A DNA stretch of 64,000 nt, from positions 988-64,987 of the forward strand of contig ONBI01000007.1 in NCBI GenBank assembly GCA_900316035.1. Direction: 5' to 3'. The first letter of the stretch is position 1, and each line of letters opens with the position of its first letter. The translations under genes were made by a program, and so were the position numbers. Shown one piece after another: positions 37,636 to 48,085 of this stretch. Below the pieces are notes generated by a model. The model was given only the letters and a program-made list of their open reading frames with translations, did not search any database and was not told the DNA's origin. The stretch comes from an uncultured Eubacteriales bacterium. Its GTDB lineage: Bacteria; Bacillota_I; Bacilli_A; RFN20; CAG-288.

Positions 37636-38688
37636 CTACTCTTTTTCTTTCTTGGCAAGATACTCCGCAAGAGCATCCGGAAGATAGCGGGGGCCTCTTA
37701 CCGCCGTAACACCATACTTCTTCATCACTTTTCGGAAAGTGCAGAAATAAGGATCATAGCGATCCGTGATATGCATCGCCACTTCTTTTCTTCCCTCGTT
37801 GAAATCTAAGTTTGTTTCCGTGATGACAGCACGATACAAAATCGCGTGGAAAGGAAAACTGACATAGACATAGACCGCATCCCCGACTTCCATGTTTTTG
37901 CTCTGCCACCAATAAACATCATCCGTATATTGCCATTCACGGTAAATATCGTAAGTATCCAAATTGGCAGGAACTAACCAATTCTTCTTTCCGGTTGGAG
38001 AATTTTTGGCTTTTCTTAATACTAATTCCTTGGATTTTTCGACCAAAGCAAGTATCTCTTCATCCGCTACTTCATCATCCAGAATCACCGAAATCCAGTT
38101 CTTATGGCTCATATGATAAGCCGTTCGGATTCCTTTTTTCTGAATCAGAGTCGGAATTTCACTTTCTTCTGCTTTAAGATTCAGAACTTCGATGTCGTTC
38201 TCTTTTCCCTCCGGCCGAATCTTTTTCTCCGGTACACGGAGAATCAACGCAAACCATTTCTCCCTCTTCGGAAGACGGAAACAGGCATCGTCTTTATCGT
38301 CGGAAAAAGGATAATCCCAAGGAGTCTGATATTTTTCTTTCAACAGAAGAGCAATGCGATTTGTCTGTGGAAGCAGAAAAGGAAGAGAAGTAAAGCAGTG
38401 ATCGGCAATATCCTGAAGCAGGGCACGGAGCTCTTCTTTCACTTCATAGATGAATTCACCTCTGGCTGCTTCTAATCGGATCGGAAGATATTCTTCTCCT
38501 GTCAGAGGATCCAGTACCTGTGCTAAAACCTCGTTTGTCTTTTTATAGGCTCTAATCTTCACCTGAAAAGAGCCATGCTTTAGGGTTGTTTCAAAAAGAT
38601 AATCTTTCTCTTCTTCCTGAAAGCCATAAGCAAGCAGTTTCTTCACATCCGGTATCTTCTTCTGAAAAATAGTATCCTCTGGTTCCAT
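37636..38688 (-). CDS. MmcQ/YjbR-family DNA-binding domain fused to C-terminal PUA-like (EVE/ASCH-type) domain
   Basis: The central region has a YjbR-like motif (WDYPFSDDKDDACFRLPKREKWFALIL). The C-terminal ~120 aa have a PUA-like beta-barrel signature (NWLVPANLDTYDIY…VGDAVYVYVSFPFHAILYRAVI). Confidence 0.45.
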   Translation of the reverse strand: MEPEDTIFQKKIPDVKKLLAYGFQEEEKDYLFETTLKHGSFQVKIRAYKKTNEVLAQVLDPLTGEEYLPIRLEAARGEFIYEVKEELRALLQDIADHCFTSLPFLLPQTNRIALLLKEKYQTPWDYPFSDDKDDACFRLPKREKWFALILRVPEKKIRPEGKENDIEVLNLKAEESEIPTLIQKKGIRTAYHMSHKNWISVILDDEVADEEILALVEKSKELVLRKAKNSPTGKKNWLVPANLDTYDIYREWQYTDDVYWWQSKNMEVGDAVYVYVSFPFHAILYRAVITETNLDFNEGRKEVAMHITDRYDPYFCTFRKVMKKYGVTAVRGPRYLPDALAEYLAKKEKE

Positions 38689-38783
38689 GATAAATTCAGC
38701 TTATAGAGTTAGCCTATTTCCGTCAAGAAAAAAACTGCCAGAAGGAAACATCCTCCCAGCAGTTAAAAAATCTGTTAATCGGA

Positions 38784-39179
38784 TCAGAGCTTAGGAACAT
38801 GAAGAGTTCCGTCTTTATCCGGATGAGACTTCATGTACTCGATGATTGGATCGTAGTTCTTAGCTTTATTGCCAGGCTTACAATCCGAGAGATGCTCCTG
38901 CTTACCAGCGACGATGGCTTCCGCCATATCATGGCAACCTGCGTGACCGCAGGCACCGCAGTTGAAGTTCGGTAAGAGCTTCTCAACTTCGGCGATACGC
39001 TTATCCTCTTCGACATAGAAAGCTTTCTCGGCGACAAGGATAAGAATTGCCATCAAAAGACCGATTACCATCAGAATACCGGTTGCAACCAGCATGACTA
39101 ACCAAAGATTGCTGTACCAAGGGGTCGCTTCGGCTGCTGCTTCGGTCTCCTCCGCTAACAGATAAGAGAATGCGTTCAT
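38784..39179 (-). CDS. rnfB: Rnf complex subunit B, minimal form (N-terminal TM + single Cys cluster, no ferredoxin domains)
   Basis: TM helix plus a CGACGHAGC…C…PG motif matching the RnfB N-terminal [4Fe-4S] domain. No CxxCxxCxxxCP ferredoxin repeats. 131 aa. Confidence 0.6.
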   Translation of the reverse strand: MNAFSYLLAEETEAAAEATPWYSNLWLVMLVATGILMVIGLLMAILILVAEKAFYVEEDKRIAEVEKLLPNFNCGACGHAGCHDMAEAIVAGKQEHLSDCKPGNKAKNYDPIIEYMKSHPDKDGTLHVPKL

Positions 39180-39460
39180 TCTTTCTTTTCCTCCTCGGAA
39201 GAAGATTTCTTACTTTCTTCCGCTTCTTTCTTCTCCTTCTCGTATTCCATCTTCGCCTGTTCTTCCGGGGTGTTGTAATACATATTGAAGTGACATCCTA
39301 GAATCCCACAGCCGTGGCATTTCGCCTCGCTCGGTTTTTCTAAATCTTCACAGCCTTTCGGTACCGGTGTCTTACGGTAGAGAATATATGAAACAAGGAA
39401 GATGATTAAGAAGAGAACAATGACACCGATCGCAAGTAGCCATCGTGCCCAAGTCGGCAT
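39176..39460 (-). CDS. RnfB-N-like mini-protein (TM + CX12CHGCGILGC motif)
   Basis: 94 aa with a TM helix, then C…CHGCGxxGC as in the RnfB N-terminal domain, and an acidic/lysine-rich tail. Sits between rnfA and rnfB with a start/stop overlap. Confidence 0.5.
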   Translation of the reverse strand: MPTWARWLLAIGVIVLFLIIFLVSYILYRKTPVPKGCEDLEKPSEAKCHGCGILGCHFNMYYNTPEEQAKMEYEKEKKEAEESKKSSSEEEKKE

Positions 39461-39469
39461 TTCCGTTCC

Positions 39470-40084
39470 TTACTTGACCGAGACCATGCCGGAGAAGCCG
39501 ACAAAGGCCATCGACATGATAGCAGCGATAATCAGAGCAAGAGCAACACCCTTGAAGGCTTTCGGGCTTTTATATTCGCTGACGCGGATACGGATGAACG
39601 AGAAGATGACGATGACAATGAGATAACCTAAGGAAGTACCGATAGCGTTAGCCATAGAGGCACCGAAGCTAAGACCGGAATCGGTGTTACCCTGGACAAC
39701 ACCTAAGACGGCGCAGTTGGTAGTGATCAGAGGAAGATAGATACCGAAGCCACGATACAGAGCCGGACTATACTTCTTGATGAAGAGACCGACAATCTGA
39801 ACTAACGAAGCAATGACGAGAATATAGGTAAGAGTATCCATGAAAGGAATCTGAAGAGGTTTCAGAATATAGGTGTAAATCGGCCAGCAGACAAGAGCAG
39901 CCATGATGATGACGAAGCTGACCGCGACACCCATTGAGAAAGCACTCTTCGGCTTATCACCGACACCGATGAAGGAGCAGATGCCGTAGAAACGGGAGAG
40001 GATGACGTTATCGATGAGCATCGAAGAGACAATAGCAAGAAGGAAAGCAACAATATAAGGTAAAGTTGTATCTGCGATTTCCAT
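39470..40084 (-). CDS. rnfA: Rnf complex subunit A
   Basis: NqrE/RnfA-family 6-TM protein (DNVILSRFYGICSFIGV). Confidence 0.8.
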   Translation of the reverse strand: MEIADTTLPYIVAFLLAIVSSMLIDNVILSRFYGICSFIGVGDKPKSAFSMGVAVSFVIIMAALVCWPIYTYILKPLQIPFMDTLTYILVIASLVQIVGLFIKKYSPALYRGFGIYLPLITTNCAVLGVVQGNTDSGLSFGASMANAIGTSLGYLIVIVIFSFIRIRVSEYKSPKAFKGVALALIIAAIMSMAFVGFSGMVSVK

Positions 40085-40086
40085 AA

Positions 40087-40962
40087 TTACTTAGTCTCCT
40101 TGTTTTCCTGACTCTGCTGAGCAGGGGATTTAGGCGGATTGATCTGCTGCGTAGTCGTATCGACTTTCTTCTCGGCCGGAGAACCGGTCGAAGCAGAAGC
40201 GGTAGCAACTGCCGGTTTAGCGGCAGCCGCTTCCTTCGCCGCTAAAGCTTTCTGCATTTCGATACGGGCTAAGGCTTTCTTCTTGGCGTTGTTGTGGTTT
40301 TCGACTGCCATGATGACGGCTAAGCATAAGCCCATCACGACGAAGCCACCGGCCGGCTGAGAGAAGAAGGACATAGCGAAGTTCCACTTACCATTCGGAT
40401 CGGCTAAGATCGGTAAGTGCGTAAGCGGGATGAAAGTGAAGACCGAACCGAAAGTGATATAACCGACACCTAAGATTTCACGGATGATACCGATGAGGGA
40501 GATAGCTAAGGTATAACCGATACCGTTTCCGCAGGCATCCAGTAAAGAATCTAAGACCGTGTTCTTACTGGCAAAGGCTTCCGCTCTTCCTAAGACGATG
40601 CAGTTGACAACGAGTAAGGAAAGGAAGACGCCTAAGCCGGTATAAAGTTCCGGAAGGAAGGCTTCGGTAAGCATCTTCGTAATCGTGACGAAAGCCGCGA
40701 TAACGACGATATAGCAAGGAGTCTTGATAACTTCAGGAACCAGCTTACGGATAGCGGAGATGATGACGTTCGAGCAGATAAGAACGAAGGTGAAGAGAAG
40801 ACCCATACCGAAGGACTGCTCGAAGCTGATGGTGACGGCAAGAGCCGGGCAGGTTCCTAAGACTGCGACGAAGAGAGGATTGTTCTTAATGATACCGGCA
40901 ACAAAGCTCTCATAATGCTTCGACGGAGCTTTGGTTTCCGCTGTTTTGACATTTTCTGCCAT
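40087..40962 (-). CDS. rnfE: Rnf complex subunit E (with ~70-aa Ala/Lys/Pro-rich C-terminal extension)
   Basis: NqrD/RnfE signature (NNPLFVAVLGTCPALAVT). Confidence 0.8.
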   Translation of the reverse strand: MAENVKTAETKAPSKHYESFVAGIIKNNPLFVAVLGTCPALAVTISFEQSFGMGLLFTFVLICSNVIISAIRKLVPEVIKTPCYIVVIAAFVTITKMLTEAFLPELYTGLGVFLSLLVVNCIVLGRAEAFASKNTVLDSLLDACGNGIGYTLAISLIGIIREILGVGYITFGSVFTFIPLTHLPILADPNGKWNFAMSFFSQPAGGFVVMGLCLAVIMAVENHNNAKKKALARIEMQKALAAKEAAAAKPAVATASASTGSPAEKKVDTTTQQINPPKSPAQQSQENKETK

Positions 40963-40968
40963 TTTCGT

Positions 40969-42051
40969 TTATCTCCTTTCCGAAGCAAAAGAGTAGGTGA
41001 AAGAAGGATTCTTCGCTTCTGCTACCGAGGTAAATCCGGTCGTGACTACGGAAGAAGCAGTGACCTTTTTGTTCTTGACTGCATCAATAGCCTGCTTAAT
41101 CAAAGCCTTTATTGCGTAACAAGAATGAGAGTTTGTCTCACCCACTTTGACAAAGTTACTCTCGTCGGCGTAGGCCGCATCCTTATCGGAGCTAGCATTG
41201 ATAGCCTTGATATAAGGATTGAGATCCAATCCATCATAGGTGTTGCCATCATAGGCAAGATAAACACCGGCAAGTTTACCATCCGAAGTGACTGCAATAT
41301 AGAGAGTCTCGAAAAAGGCTTCCTCCGAATCATCGGTATAGGTGCTATAGAAGATAAAGCCCTTAGAACATTTCCAAAGATGCTCAATTACGGCATTGCT
41401 CGTATTCAGATCCGCAGGTACTTCCATCTCAGTATATTCCTGATCCGTTCCGAAGAGCTTTCCTTCGTCCGCCATGACAAAGGCAGTGCTCTGACCTTTC
41501 GCAACTTTACCCGCTTCGGTGACGGCATCACGGATCAAAGAAGCGGCAAAAGTAGCACCGCATTTGACATTCTGAAGAGCGGCTTCCTTATCCGCGCCAT
41601 CGGCGGCTGCGTTATAAGGATCGACATAACCAGGTTCGAGCTTTCCTTTATAGGACATCGTATCGGAGATCATGACAAGCTTGGTTAAAGAATAATCCTT
41701 GCCTTTGAAACCGATGAGGAAATCGACATCGCCGTATCCGTTTTTACCATAGCAACGGCAGATGGTTCCGACAAAGTCCTTCTTATCCTCATCCGAATAG
41801 ACATCCCAGACTTTGGTGACGTATTTGATGTCTTTCTTTGTATCGTCATCTAAGGTACGTTCGGCATAGGTATTCTTGACCTCGGTATCGCCGAAGACTT
41901 CCGCTAAGGATTTATTCTGTTTACGAACATTGTTCTCTGCGATAACCGGAGCGGTGACGGCATTGACAGCACCGACAAGAAGAGTCGAACCACCGGCGAT
42001 GATCAATAAGGTCAAAGCCGTCTTGATGAAGTTTTTCGTGAAATCTTTCAT
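40969..42051 (-). CDS. rnfG: Rnf complex subunit G (FMN-binding), long form
   Basis: N-terminal TM and FMN_bind region (…KCGATFAASLI…). ATG at 42049-42051 lies behind GGAGG. The track start 42087 would overlap rnfD. Confidence 0.7.
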   Translation of the reverse strand: MKDFTKNFIKTALTLLIIAGGSTLLVGAVNAVTAPVIAENNVRKQNKSLAEVFGDTEVKNTYAERTLDDDTKKDIKYVTKVWDVYSDEDKKDFVGTICRCYGKNGYGDVDFLIGFKGKDYSLTKLVMISDTMSYKGKLEPGYVDPYNAAADGADKEAALQNVKCGATFAASLIRDAVTEAGKVAKGQSTAFVMADEGKLFGTDQEYTEMEVPADLNTSNAVIEHLWKCSKGFIFYSTYTDDSEEAFFETLYIAVTSDGKLAGVYLAYDGNTYDGLDLNPYIKAINASSDKDAAYADESNFVKVGETNSHSCYAIKALIKQAIDAVKNKKVTASSVVTTGFTSVAEAKNPSFTYSFASERR

Positions 42052-42052
42052 G

Positions 42053-43207
42053 TCAGAAAACCTCCACACATAAAGCCCAGAGTTCAATCAGAGCGAAGAC
42101 AACAAAGACAGCAATGGGCCAAACGATATTCTTCCAATTCCACTTATTCGTAGACCACTTCGGATAATCGATAATGGAAGTAAGCATATTGCCAATAAGA
42201 ATAGAATAGACGCAGCCTTCCGGAATCGCCGCGAAGAGACGGATGAACGTAGTGCAGATAGCAAGGATGATACCGAACATGACTCTACCCGGATGCGTGA
42301 TCGGGGAAGTGACCGGATCGGTCGCCATATAGACCGCATTGAACATAACACCGCCGGAGAGAAGCTCATAAAGAGCAAAAGTCCAAGGATCATCAATCTT
42401 ATAACCGAACCAGAGAACGAAACCGGCAATCAGCATCATGACGAAGAAGGCTCCTAAATAGGCAAGCGGAATTCTCCAGTCGATGGTATGACGGACGATG
42501 AGATAGATAAGGCCGACTAAGATGAGAAGTTTGCAGGCTTCACCGATTCCTCCAGGAACATTGCCTAAGAAGAGATCGAGAAGGCTATAAGTTCCTAACT
42601 GGATGGAGGTTCCACCGTTACCGGCGATAGCGATATGTTCCGAGCCAAGCGGAGTAGCACCGGCATCGACGATGGTCGCACCATTCGGATTGAAGGCATC
42701 GAAGTATTGGAAGTGAGAACCATAGCAGGTCTTAGCAAAGACGAATCCGACGGCAGCAGGGTTGAAAATGTTGGTTCCGGTTCCGCCGAAGACGAGCTTA
42801 CCGATGATGATACCGAATAACGCCGAAGTGATTAAGGAAACATAGAGAAGAGCTTCGTTATCCATGTTGGTCGGCATCAATAAAGCGAGAATGATAGCCG
42901 AGACAAGCGGGACTAAGGCGTTAGAAAGGTGATACGCTTTGCATCCGTTGAGGAACTGTTCCTTGAACGTATGCTTCGTACCATCCACTGGGAGACGGTT
43001 GGTGACAAGAACGAAGACGAACTCGGATAATTCCATGACCGCGGCGATAATGAAAAGGTTACGAGCCATCGCGACCGGGAAAACAACAAAACCATAAATA
43101 ACTAACGGCAAAAGAGCAATGATGACATCGAGCATCATGCCGACAAGATTGTCCTTGCGACGGATGTGCGGTGCGGACTCTTTGATAATCGTAGTTTTCA
43201 GTTCCAT
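42053..43207 (-). CDS. rnfD: Rnf complex subunit D
   Basis: NqrB/RnfD-family polytopic protein. Confidence 0.8.
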   Translation of the reverse strand: MELKTTIIKESAPHIRRKDNLVGMMLDVIIALLPLVIYGFVVFPVAMARNLFIIAAVMELSEFVFVLVTNRLPVDGTKHTFKEQFLNGCKAYHLSNALVPLVSAIILALLMPTNMDNEALLYVSLITSALFGIIIGKLVFGGTGTNIFNPAAVGFVFAKTCYGSHFQYFDAFNPNGATIVDAGATPLGSEHIAIAGNGGTSIQLGTYSLLDLFLGNVPGGIGEACKLLILVGLIYLIVRHTIDWRIPLAYLGAFFVMMLIAGFVLWFGYKIDDPWTFALYELLSGGVMFNAVYMATDPVTSPITHPGRVMFGIILAICTTFIRLFAAIPEGCVYSILIGNMLTSIIDYPKWSTNKWNWKNIVWPIAVFVVFALIELWALCVEVF

Positions 43208-43208
43208 A

Positions 43209-44477
43209 TTATTTCAGCCTCGCAATGACTTTCGCTCTGCGGACATAATCCGTGACGTTGATGTTCGAAGTGCAGGAGTAGGCGCAAAGTCCGCATTCGA
43301 TGCACTTGAGCGGATTGAGCATCTTGACCTTCGCCTTATCAACCGGCATATGCTTCATCGCGTTCATGATATCGACCGGAAGAAGTCCGTCTAAGTAGTT
43401 ACGCTTGTTGATGACAATGACCGAGGTGACGGTCTTAGTGAGAATGCAGTCATCCGAAGGAAGCGAAGCTCCCATCATCGGACCGCCGAGGATGAAGGTC
43501 TTCGGCTTATCCGGATCCTTGTAGCCACCGCATTTCTCGATGAGATACTTAACCGGAGTACCGACACGGACAAAGAAATCAGAAGGTTTGACGATACCAT
43601 CGCCGGTGACGGTGACTCTTCTCTGATAGACCGGCATATTCTCTCGCAAGGCTAAACGAATACCTAAAAGAGTCGAGGCGTTGATAACCATGACCCCGTA
43701 GTCGGCCGGACGTTTGCCGGGTTCGACATGGATCTTCGTTGCCTGTTCGACAAGTCTATTTTCCCAACCCATCGGATAAACATTCGGAACTTCAAAATAG
43801 GAAATACCATCATGAGGTTCCTTGGCGAAAAGCTTCTCGTAAGTCGCTTCGATATCCTTATACTTCTTCTTGAAGCAGAGGCGGACATCGTTGACACCGA
43901 AGATGTGTTTGACCAGTTTCATACCATCTAAGATATGATCCGGTTCTTCCATCAGGGCTCGGTGATCCGCGTTGATGTACGGTTCACATTCAACGCCATC
44001 GATCAAGACCGTGTTGATCTTGGTCTTCGTCTGGAACTTGACGTAAGTCGGGAAGGAGGATCCTCCTAAACCGACCGAAGCGCAGTTCTTGAGAATCTCG
44101 ACGACCTGATCTCGGGTCAAGGCATCGATTTCCTCCTGACTTCTCGGCTTGATTCCTTCATAAAGAGCATCCTTGAAATCGTTGTGGATCTTCATGAAAG
44201 AGACGACCTTTCCGGAACGATGATAATGCTTTTCATAACCTTCAAACGTTCCCGAACAGGTCGCATGGATTGGCTGATCGAAGAATCCGCCATGACGGAC
44301 ACCGATCGGCTGACCGAGCTTCACATAGTCGCCTTCGTGGATAAAGACCTCCGCCTTCGGGCAGCGGGCATTATCCGTCGTGATGAGGAGATACTCCGGA
44401 ACAGGCACAATGAGTTCTTCACGCTCAATGTGGGAAAGCTTCAGGGCATCCTCAAGCGCTCTCGTTTTTTTGATCAT
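43209..44477 (-). CDS. rnfC: Rnf complex subunit C (NADH-binding, 2x[4Fe-4S])
   Basis: RnfC N-terminal domain and a C-terminal ferredoxin motif (CIECGLCAYSC). Confidence 0.85.
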   Translation of the reverse strand: MIKKTRALEDALKLSHIEREELIVPVPEYLLITTDNARCPKAEVFIHEGDYVKLGQPIGVRHGGFFDQPIHATCSGTFEGYEKHYHRSGKVVSFMKIHNDFKDALYEGIKPRSQEEIDALTRDQVVEILKNCASVGLGGSSFPTYVKFQTKTKINTVLIDGVECEPYINADHRALMEEPDHILDGMKLVKHIFGVNDVRLCFKKKYKDIEATYEKLFAKEPHDGISYFEVPNVYPMGWENRLVEQATKIHVEPGKRPADYGVMVINASTLLGIRLALRENMPVYQRRVTVTGDGIVKPSDFFVRVGTPVKYLIEKCGGYKDPDKPKTFILGGPMMGASLPSDDCILTKTVTSVIVINKRNYLDGLLPVDIMNAMKHMPVDKAKVKMLNPLKCIECGLCAYSCTSNINVTDYVRRAKVIARLK

Positions 44478-44738
44478 TGGTAATACCTCAACAGGTTTGT
44501 ATTATAGCAAGGTAAAGTGGAATAAGAAAGAAAACATATATACCTATTAATAATATAGGTAAAGCTAGAATTGCGCATTTTGCGCTAATTAAATAAAAGA
44601 AGGAAAGACTATTGGGCACTCAACCGCTCATATTCGTTCTGATTGCACAAGAAAGAAAGGAGCCAAACGGGCAAATGACAAATTCGAAGAGAATGTGTGA
44701 TTTTTCTCTTTTTTTGAAAGAGGAGCCTTTCTTCGTCT

Positions 44739-46223
44739 TTAGGCTTTCGGTTTAAAAGCTCTGGTCGCTTTGACCGCCTCTAACCATCCGGCATAAAGAC
44801 GTTCCATCTCCGCTTTTTCCATCTGCGGGACGAAACGTTTCGCAATCGCGTGGTTCTTTTCAACATCCTCTTTGCTCGTCCAGAAACCACAACCTAAACC
44901 GGCGAGATAACCAGCTCCCATCGCGGTTGTCTCAACGCATTCCGGAATCACGACTTCGCACTGAAGAATATCCGCCTGGAACTGCATCAGAAGATTATTG
45001 GCGCTGGCTCCGCCATCGACCTTCAAGGTCTTCAGTTCAAAGTGTCCTTCTCTCTTCATCGCTTCAATGACATCCTTGGATTGATAAGCGATAGAGAAGA
45101 GAGTGGCACGGACAAAGTTATGGCGGTCGGCACCACGGGTAAGACCGAAGACGGCACCTCTTGCTTCATCATCCCAGTACGGTGTTCCTAAACCGACGAA
45201 AGCAGGAACGACATAAACACCGGCCGTATCGGAAACACGGTTTGCATACTCTTCGCTCTGGGCGCTTGTCTTGATCAGAGCCATCTGATCTCTTAACCAC
45301 TGGATGATGGCACCGCCCATAAAGACAGAGCCTTCTAAGGCATAGGTCGTTTGTCCGTTTTCACGCCAGGCAACCGTAGTTAACAATCCTTGCTTTGAAA
45401 TAAAAGGTTTATTTCCGACATTCATCAGCATGAAGCAACCGGTGCCATAGGTGTTCTTTGAGTCACCAGGCTTGAAGCAACACTGACCGAAAAGAGCGGC
45501 CTGCTGATCACCGGCAACACCATGAATATGGACGTTTTCCGGGAAAAAGGAAGCTACACCGAAGTCGGCCGAATTGTCTTTGACTTCCGGAAGCATGGAA
45601 GCTGGGATATTCCAGATTTTCAGTAACTCCGGATCCCAATCCATCTTGAAGATGTTGTAAAGCATCGTTCTGGATGCATTCGAAACATCGGTCGCATGGA
45701 CTTTGCCATAGGTCATCTTGTAGATGAGCCATGAGTCAATCGTTCCGAAAAGGAGTTCCCCTCTTTCGGCTCTTGCCTGTCCATCCGGAATATGATCGAG
45801 GATGAAACGGATCTTCGAAGCCGAGAAGTAAGGATTCATTCTTAAACCGGTCTTCTGTTGAATCAGATCCGTATAACCTTTTCTTTCTTCGCAGAGATCC
45901 AGCGTCTGTTTCGATTGCCAGACGATAGCGTTATAGACCGCCTGTCCGGTGTTCTTATCCCAGACGACGGTGGTCTCTCTTTGGTTGGTGATACCGATAG
46001 CAGCGATCTCATCGAAATTGGACGAAGAGACAACCATCAGTTCGTTGATGACATCGATAACCGAAATCCAGACCTGATTCGGAACAACTTCCACCCAACC
46101 CGGATGAGGGAAAAGACAGTTGACTTCTCTCTGTGCTTTATAGACTTCCTGACCTTCATGATTGATGAGGATGGCTCTGGTTGAAGTCGTTCCCTGATCA
46201 ATGGCGAGAATGTATTTCTTCAT
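44739..46223 (-). CDS. glpK: glycerol kinase
   Basis: MKKYILAIDQGTTSTRAIL, FGGY kinase family, 494 aa. Confidence 0.92.
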   Translation of the reverse strand: MKKYILAIDQGTTSTRAILINHEGQEVYKAQREVNCLFPHPGWVEVVPNQVWISVIDVINELMVVSSSNFDEIAAIGITNQRETTVVWDKNTGQAVYNAIVWQSKQTLDLCEERKGYTDLIQQKTGLRMNPYFSASKIRFILDHIPDGQARAERGELLFGTIDSWLIYKMTYGKVHATDVSNASRTMLYNIFKMDWDPELLKIWNIPASMLPEVKDNSADFGVASFFPENVHIHGVAGDQQAALFGQCCFKPGDSKNTYGTGCFMLMNVGNKPFISKQGLLTTVAWRENGQTTYALEGSVFMGGAIIQWLRDQMALIKTSAQSEEYANRVSDTAGVYVVPAFVGLGTPYWDDEARGAVFGLTRGADRHNFVRATLFSIAYQSKDVIEAMKREGHFELKTLKVDGGASANNLLMQFQADILQCEVVIPECVETTAMGAGYLAGLGCGFWTSKEDVEKNHAIAKRFVPQMEKAEMERLYAGWLEAVKATRAFKPKA

Positions 46224-46480
46224 AATGGCTCCTTGTGCTGATAACTTCCATTATAGTTTTGTGAAAGCCCTTTTACTATGGAAAAATAAGAATTTTCCAT
46301 TCAAATAAGAAAGAATAGAAGCAAGAAAAAGGACCTCTTTAATAAACAAATTACCATAGAAAAAAGAAGAATCCGTTCGTTTCCTCTATTCTCAAAGAAA
46401 CGTTGCTTTCGTCTTCAGGAAAATACCCAGAGTTTCCAACTAGGCTTCGGTTTTCTATAATATCGAAAAGCATTAAAACC

Positions 46481-48085
46481 ATGGAAAGAACAAAGAAAGT
46501 CATCATTATCGGAGCAGGTCCTGCCGGTCTTACCGCCGCCTATGAGTTTCTCAAGGGTGAGAACGACATCAAACCGATCCTTTTAGAAGAGAGCGAGTAC
46601 ATCGGAGGTATCTCCCGCACGGCCACCTATAAAGGTAACCGCATGGATATCGGAGGCCATCGTTTTTTCTCGAAAGATGAACGCGTCAATCAGATCTGGG
46701 AGGAGCTTTTACCTCTTCAGGGAGCTCCCAGCAAAGACGATAAGGAATTAGAAATTGAAAAGCCTCTTTCTCCGAATGGTCCGGATCCGGAAAAAACGGA
46801 TACGGTCATGCTTTATCGAAACCGTGTTTCCAGAATTTATTTTCTTCATAAATTCTTCGATTATCCGATTTCTCTCAAGTGGTCCACGATCCACAACATG
46901 GGTTTTGGAAGAACCATGAAAGCAGGATTCGGATATATAGGAGCAAAGATTCACCGTCGCAAAGAAACGAATCTGGAAAACTTCTATATCAACCGCTTCG
47001 GAAAACCTCTCTATCAGATGTTCTTTGAAGATTACACGGAAAAGCTTTGGGGTGTTCATCCTTCGAAGATCAGTGCCGATTGGGGAGCTCAACGTGTCAA
47101 AGGTCTTTCGATTTCAAAAGCCATCGGTCAAGCCTTAAAGAAGGCTCTCCATATTCATTCCAAGAAAACCGAGACCTCTTTGATTGAGCAATTCAAATAC
47201 CCGAAGAAGGGACCTGGAGAACTCTATGAGACTATGGCAGAGAAGATTCTCGCTATGGGTGGAGAAATCCATAAGAATCAAAAGGTGGTCGGTTTTGAAT
47301 TTGCAGAAGATGGTAACATAAAGTCGGTAAAAGCGTCCGATAATCAAGGAAACATCACGACGTATGAATGTGAAGACGTTATCTCTTCGATGCCGATCAA
47401 AGACTTGCTTCAGGCAATCGGAGAAGAAAGAGTCGGAAAAGAAGTCTATGAGATCGGAACGAATCTTCCTTACCGCGATTTCCTCACCGTCGGTTTATTA
47501 ATTGATCATCTGAAAGTCAAGAACAAAACCAAAACGAAGACTTTCAACAACCTGATTCCGGATAACTGGATCTATGTGCAGGATAGAGAAGTAAGACTCG
47601 GAAGAATTCAGATTTTCAATAACTGGTCTCCGTATATGGTAGAAGACTATAAAAACAAAGTCTGGATGGGATTGGAGTACTTCTGCAGCGAAGGCGATAA
47701 GATGTGGACCATGCCCGATAAAGACTTTATCGAGAAAGCAAAACAGGACTTAATCACTATCGGTATGATCGAGAGTGAGAAGGACGTTCTTGATGTGACA
47801 ATGATCCATGTGAAGAAAGCTTATCCTGCCTATTTCGGAACGTATAAAGATTTTCCGAAAGTGAGAGCCTATCTCGATAGTATTCCGAATCTCTACTGTG
47901 TCGGTAGAAACGGTCAGCACCGCTATAACAATATGGATCATTCCATGGTGACAGCGATGGAAGCTGTGAAAGTCATCCTTTTCGGTTCGAAAGATAAAAG
48001 TCCTATCTGGTCCGTCAATACCGAAAAGGAATATCATGAAGAAGAGACGAAAGACGAAGAAAAAGAGAAAACGATAAAAGCATGA
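46481..48085 (+). CDS. FAD-dependent oxidoreductase (amine-oxidase/phytoene-desaturase-like fold), acidic C-terminal tail
   Basis: Rossmann GxGxxG ([16 protein letters not shown]) and GGISRT…DIGGHRF. The likely start is ATG 46481, with a TATAAT at 46455. Confidence 0.6.
   Translation: MERTKKVIIIGAGPAGLTAAYEFLKGENDIKPILLEESEYIGGISRTATYKGNRMDIGGHRFFSKDERVNQIWEELLPLQGAPSKDDKELEIEKPLSPNGPDPEKTDTVMLYRNRVSRIYFLHKFFDYPISLKWSTIHNMGFGRTMKAGFGYIGAKIHRRKETNLENFYINRFGKPLYQMFFEDYTEKLWGVHPSKISADWGAQRVKGLSISKAIGQALKKALHIHSKKTETSLIEQFKYPKKGPGELYETMAEKILAMGGEIHKNQKVVGFEFAEDGNIKSVKASDNQGNITTYECEDVISSMPIKDLLQAIGEERVGKEVYEIGTNLPYRDFLTVGLLIDHLKVKNKTKTKTFNNLIPDNWIYVQDREVRLGRIQIFNNWSPYMVEDYKNKVWMGLEYFCSEGDKMWTMPDKDFIEKAKQDLITIGMIESEKDVLDVTMIHVKKAYPAYFGTYKDFPKVRAYLDSIPNLYCVGRNGQHRYNNMDHSMVTAMEAVKVILFGSKDKSPIWSVNTEKEYHEEETKDEEKEKTIKA

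Noticed and set aside
46224-46400. Possible GlpP-type antiterminator target in the glpK leader
   Set aside because: Only weak imperfect inverted repeats were seen (ccattatag…ctatgg). I could not support a terminator/antiterminator call.
46403-46480. Longer start ([15 protein letters not shown]…) for the FAD oxidoreductase
   Set aside because: The Rossmann motif begins right after the internal Met at 46481. The upstream extension overlaps a TATAAT promoter element and looks non-coding.
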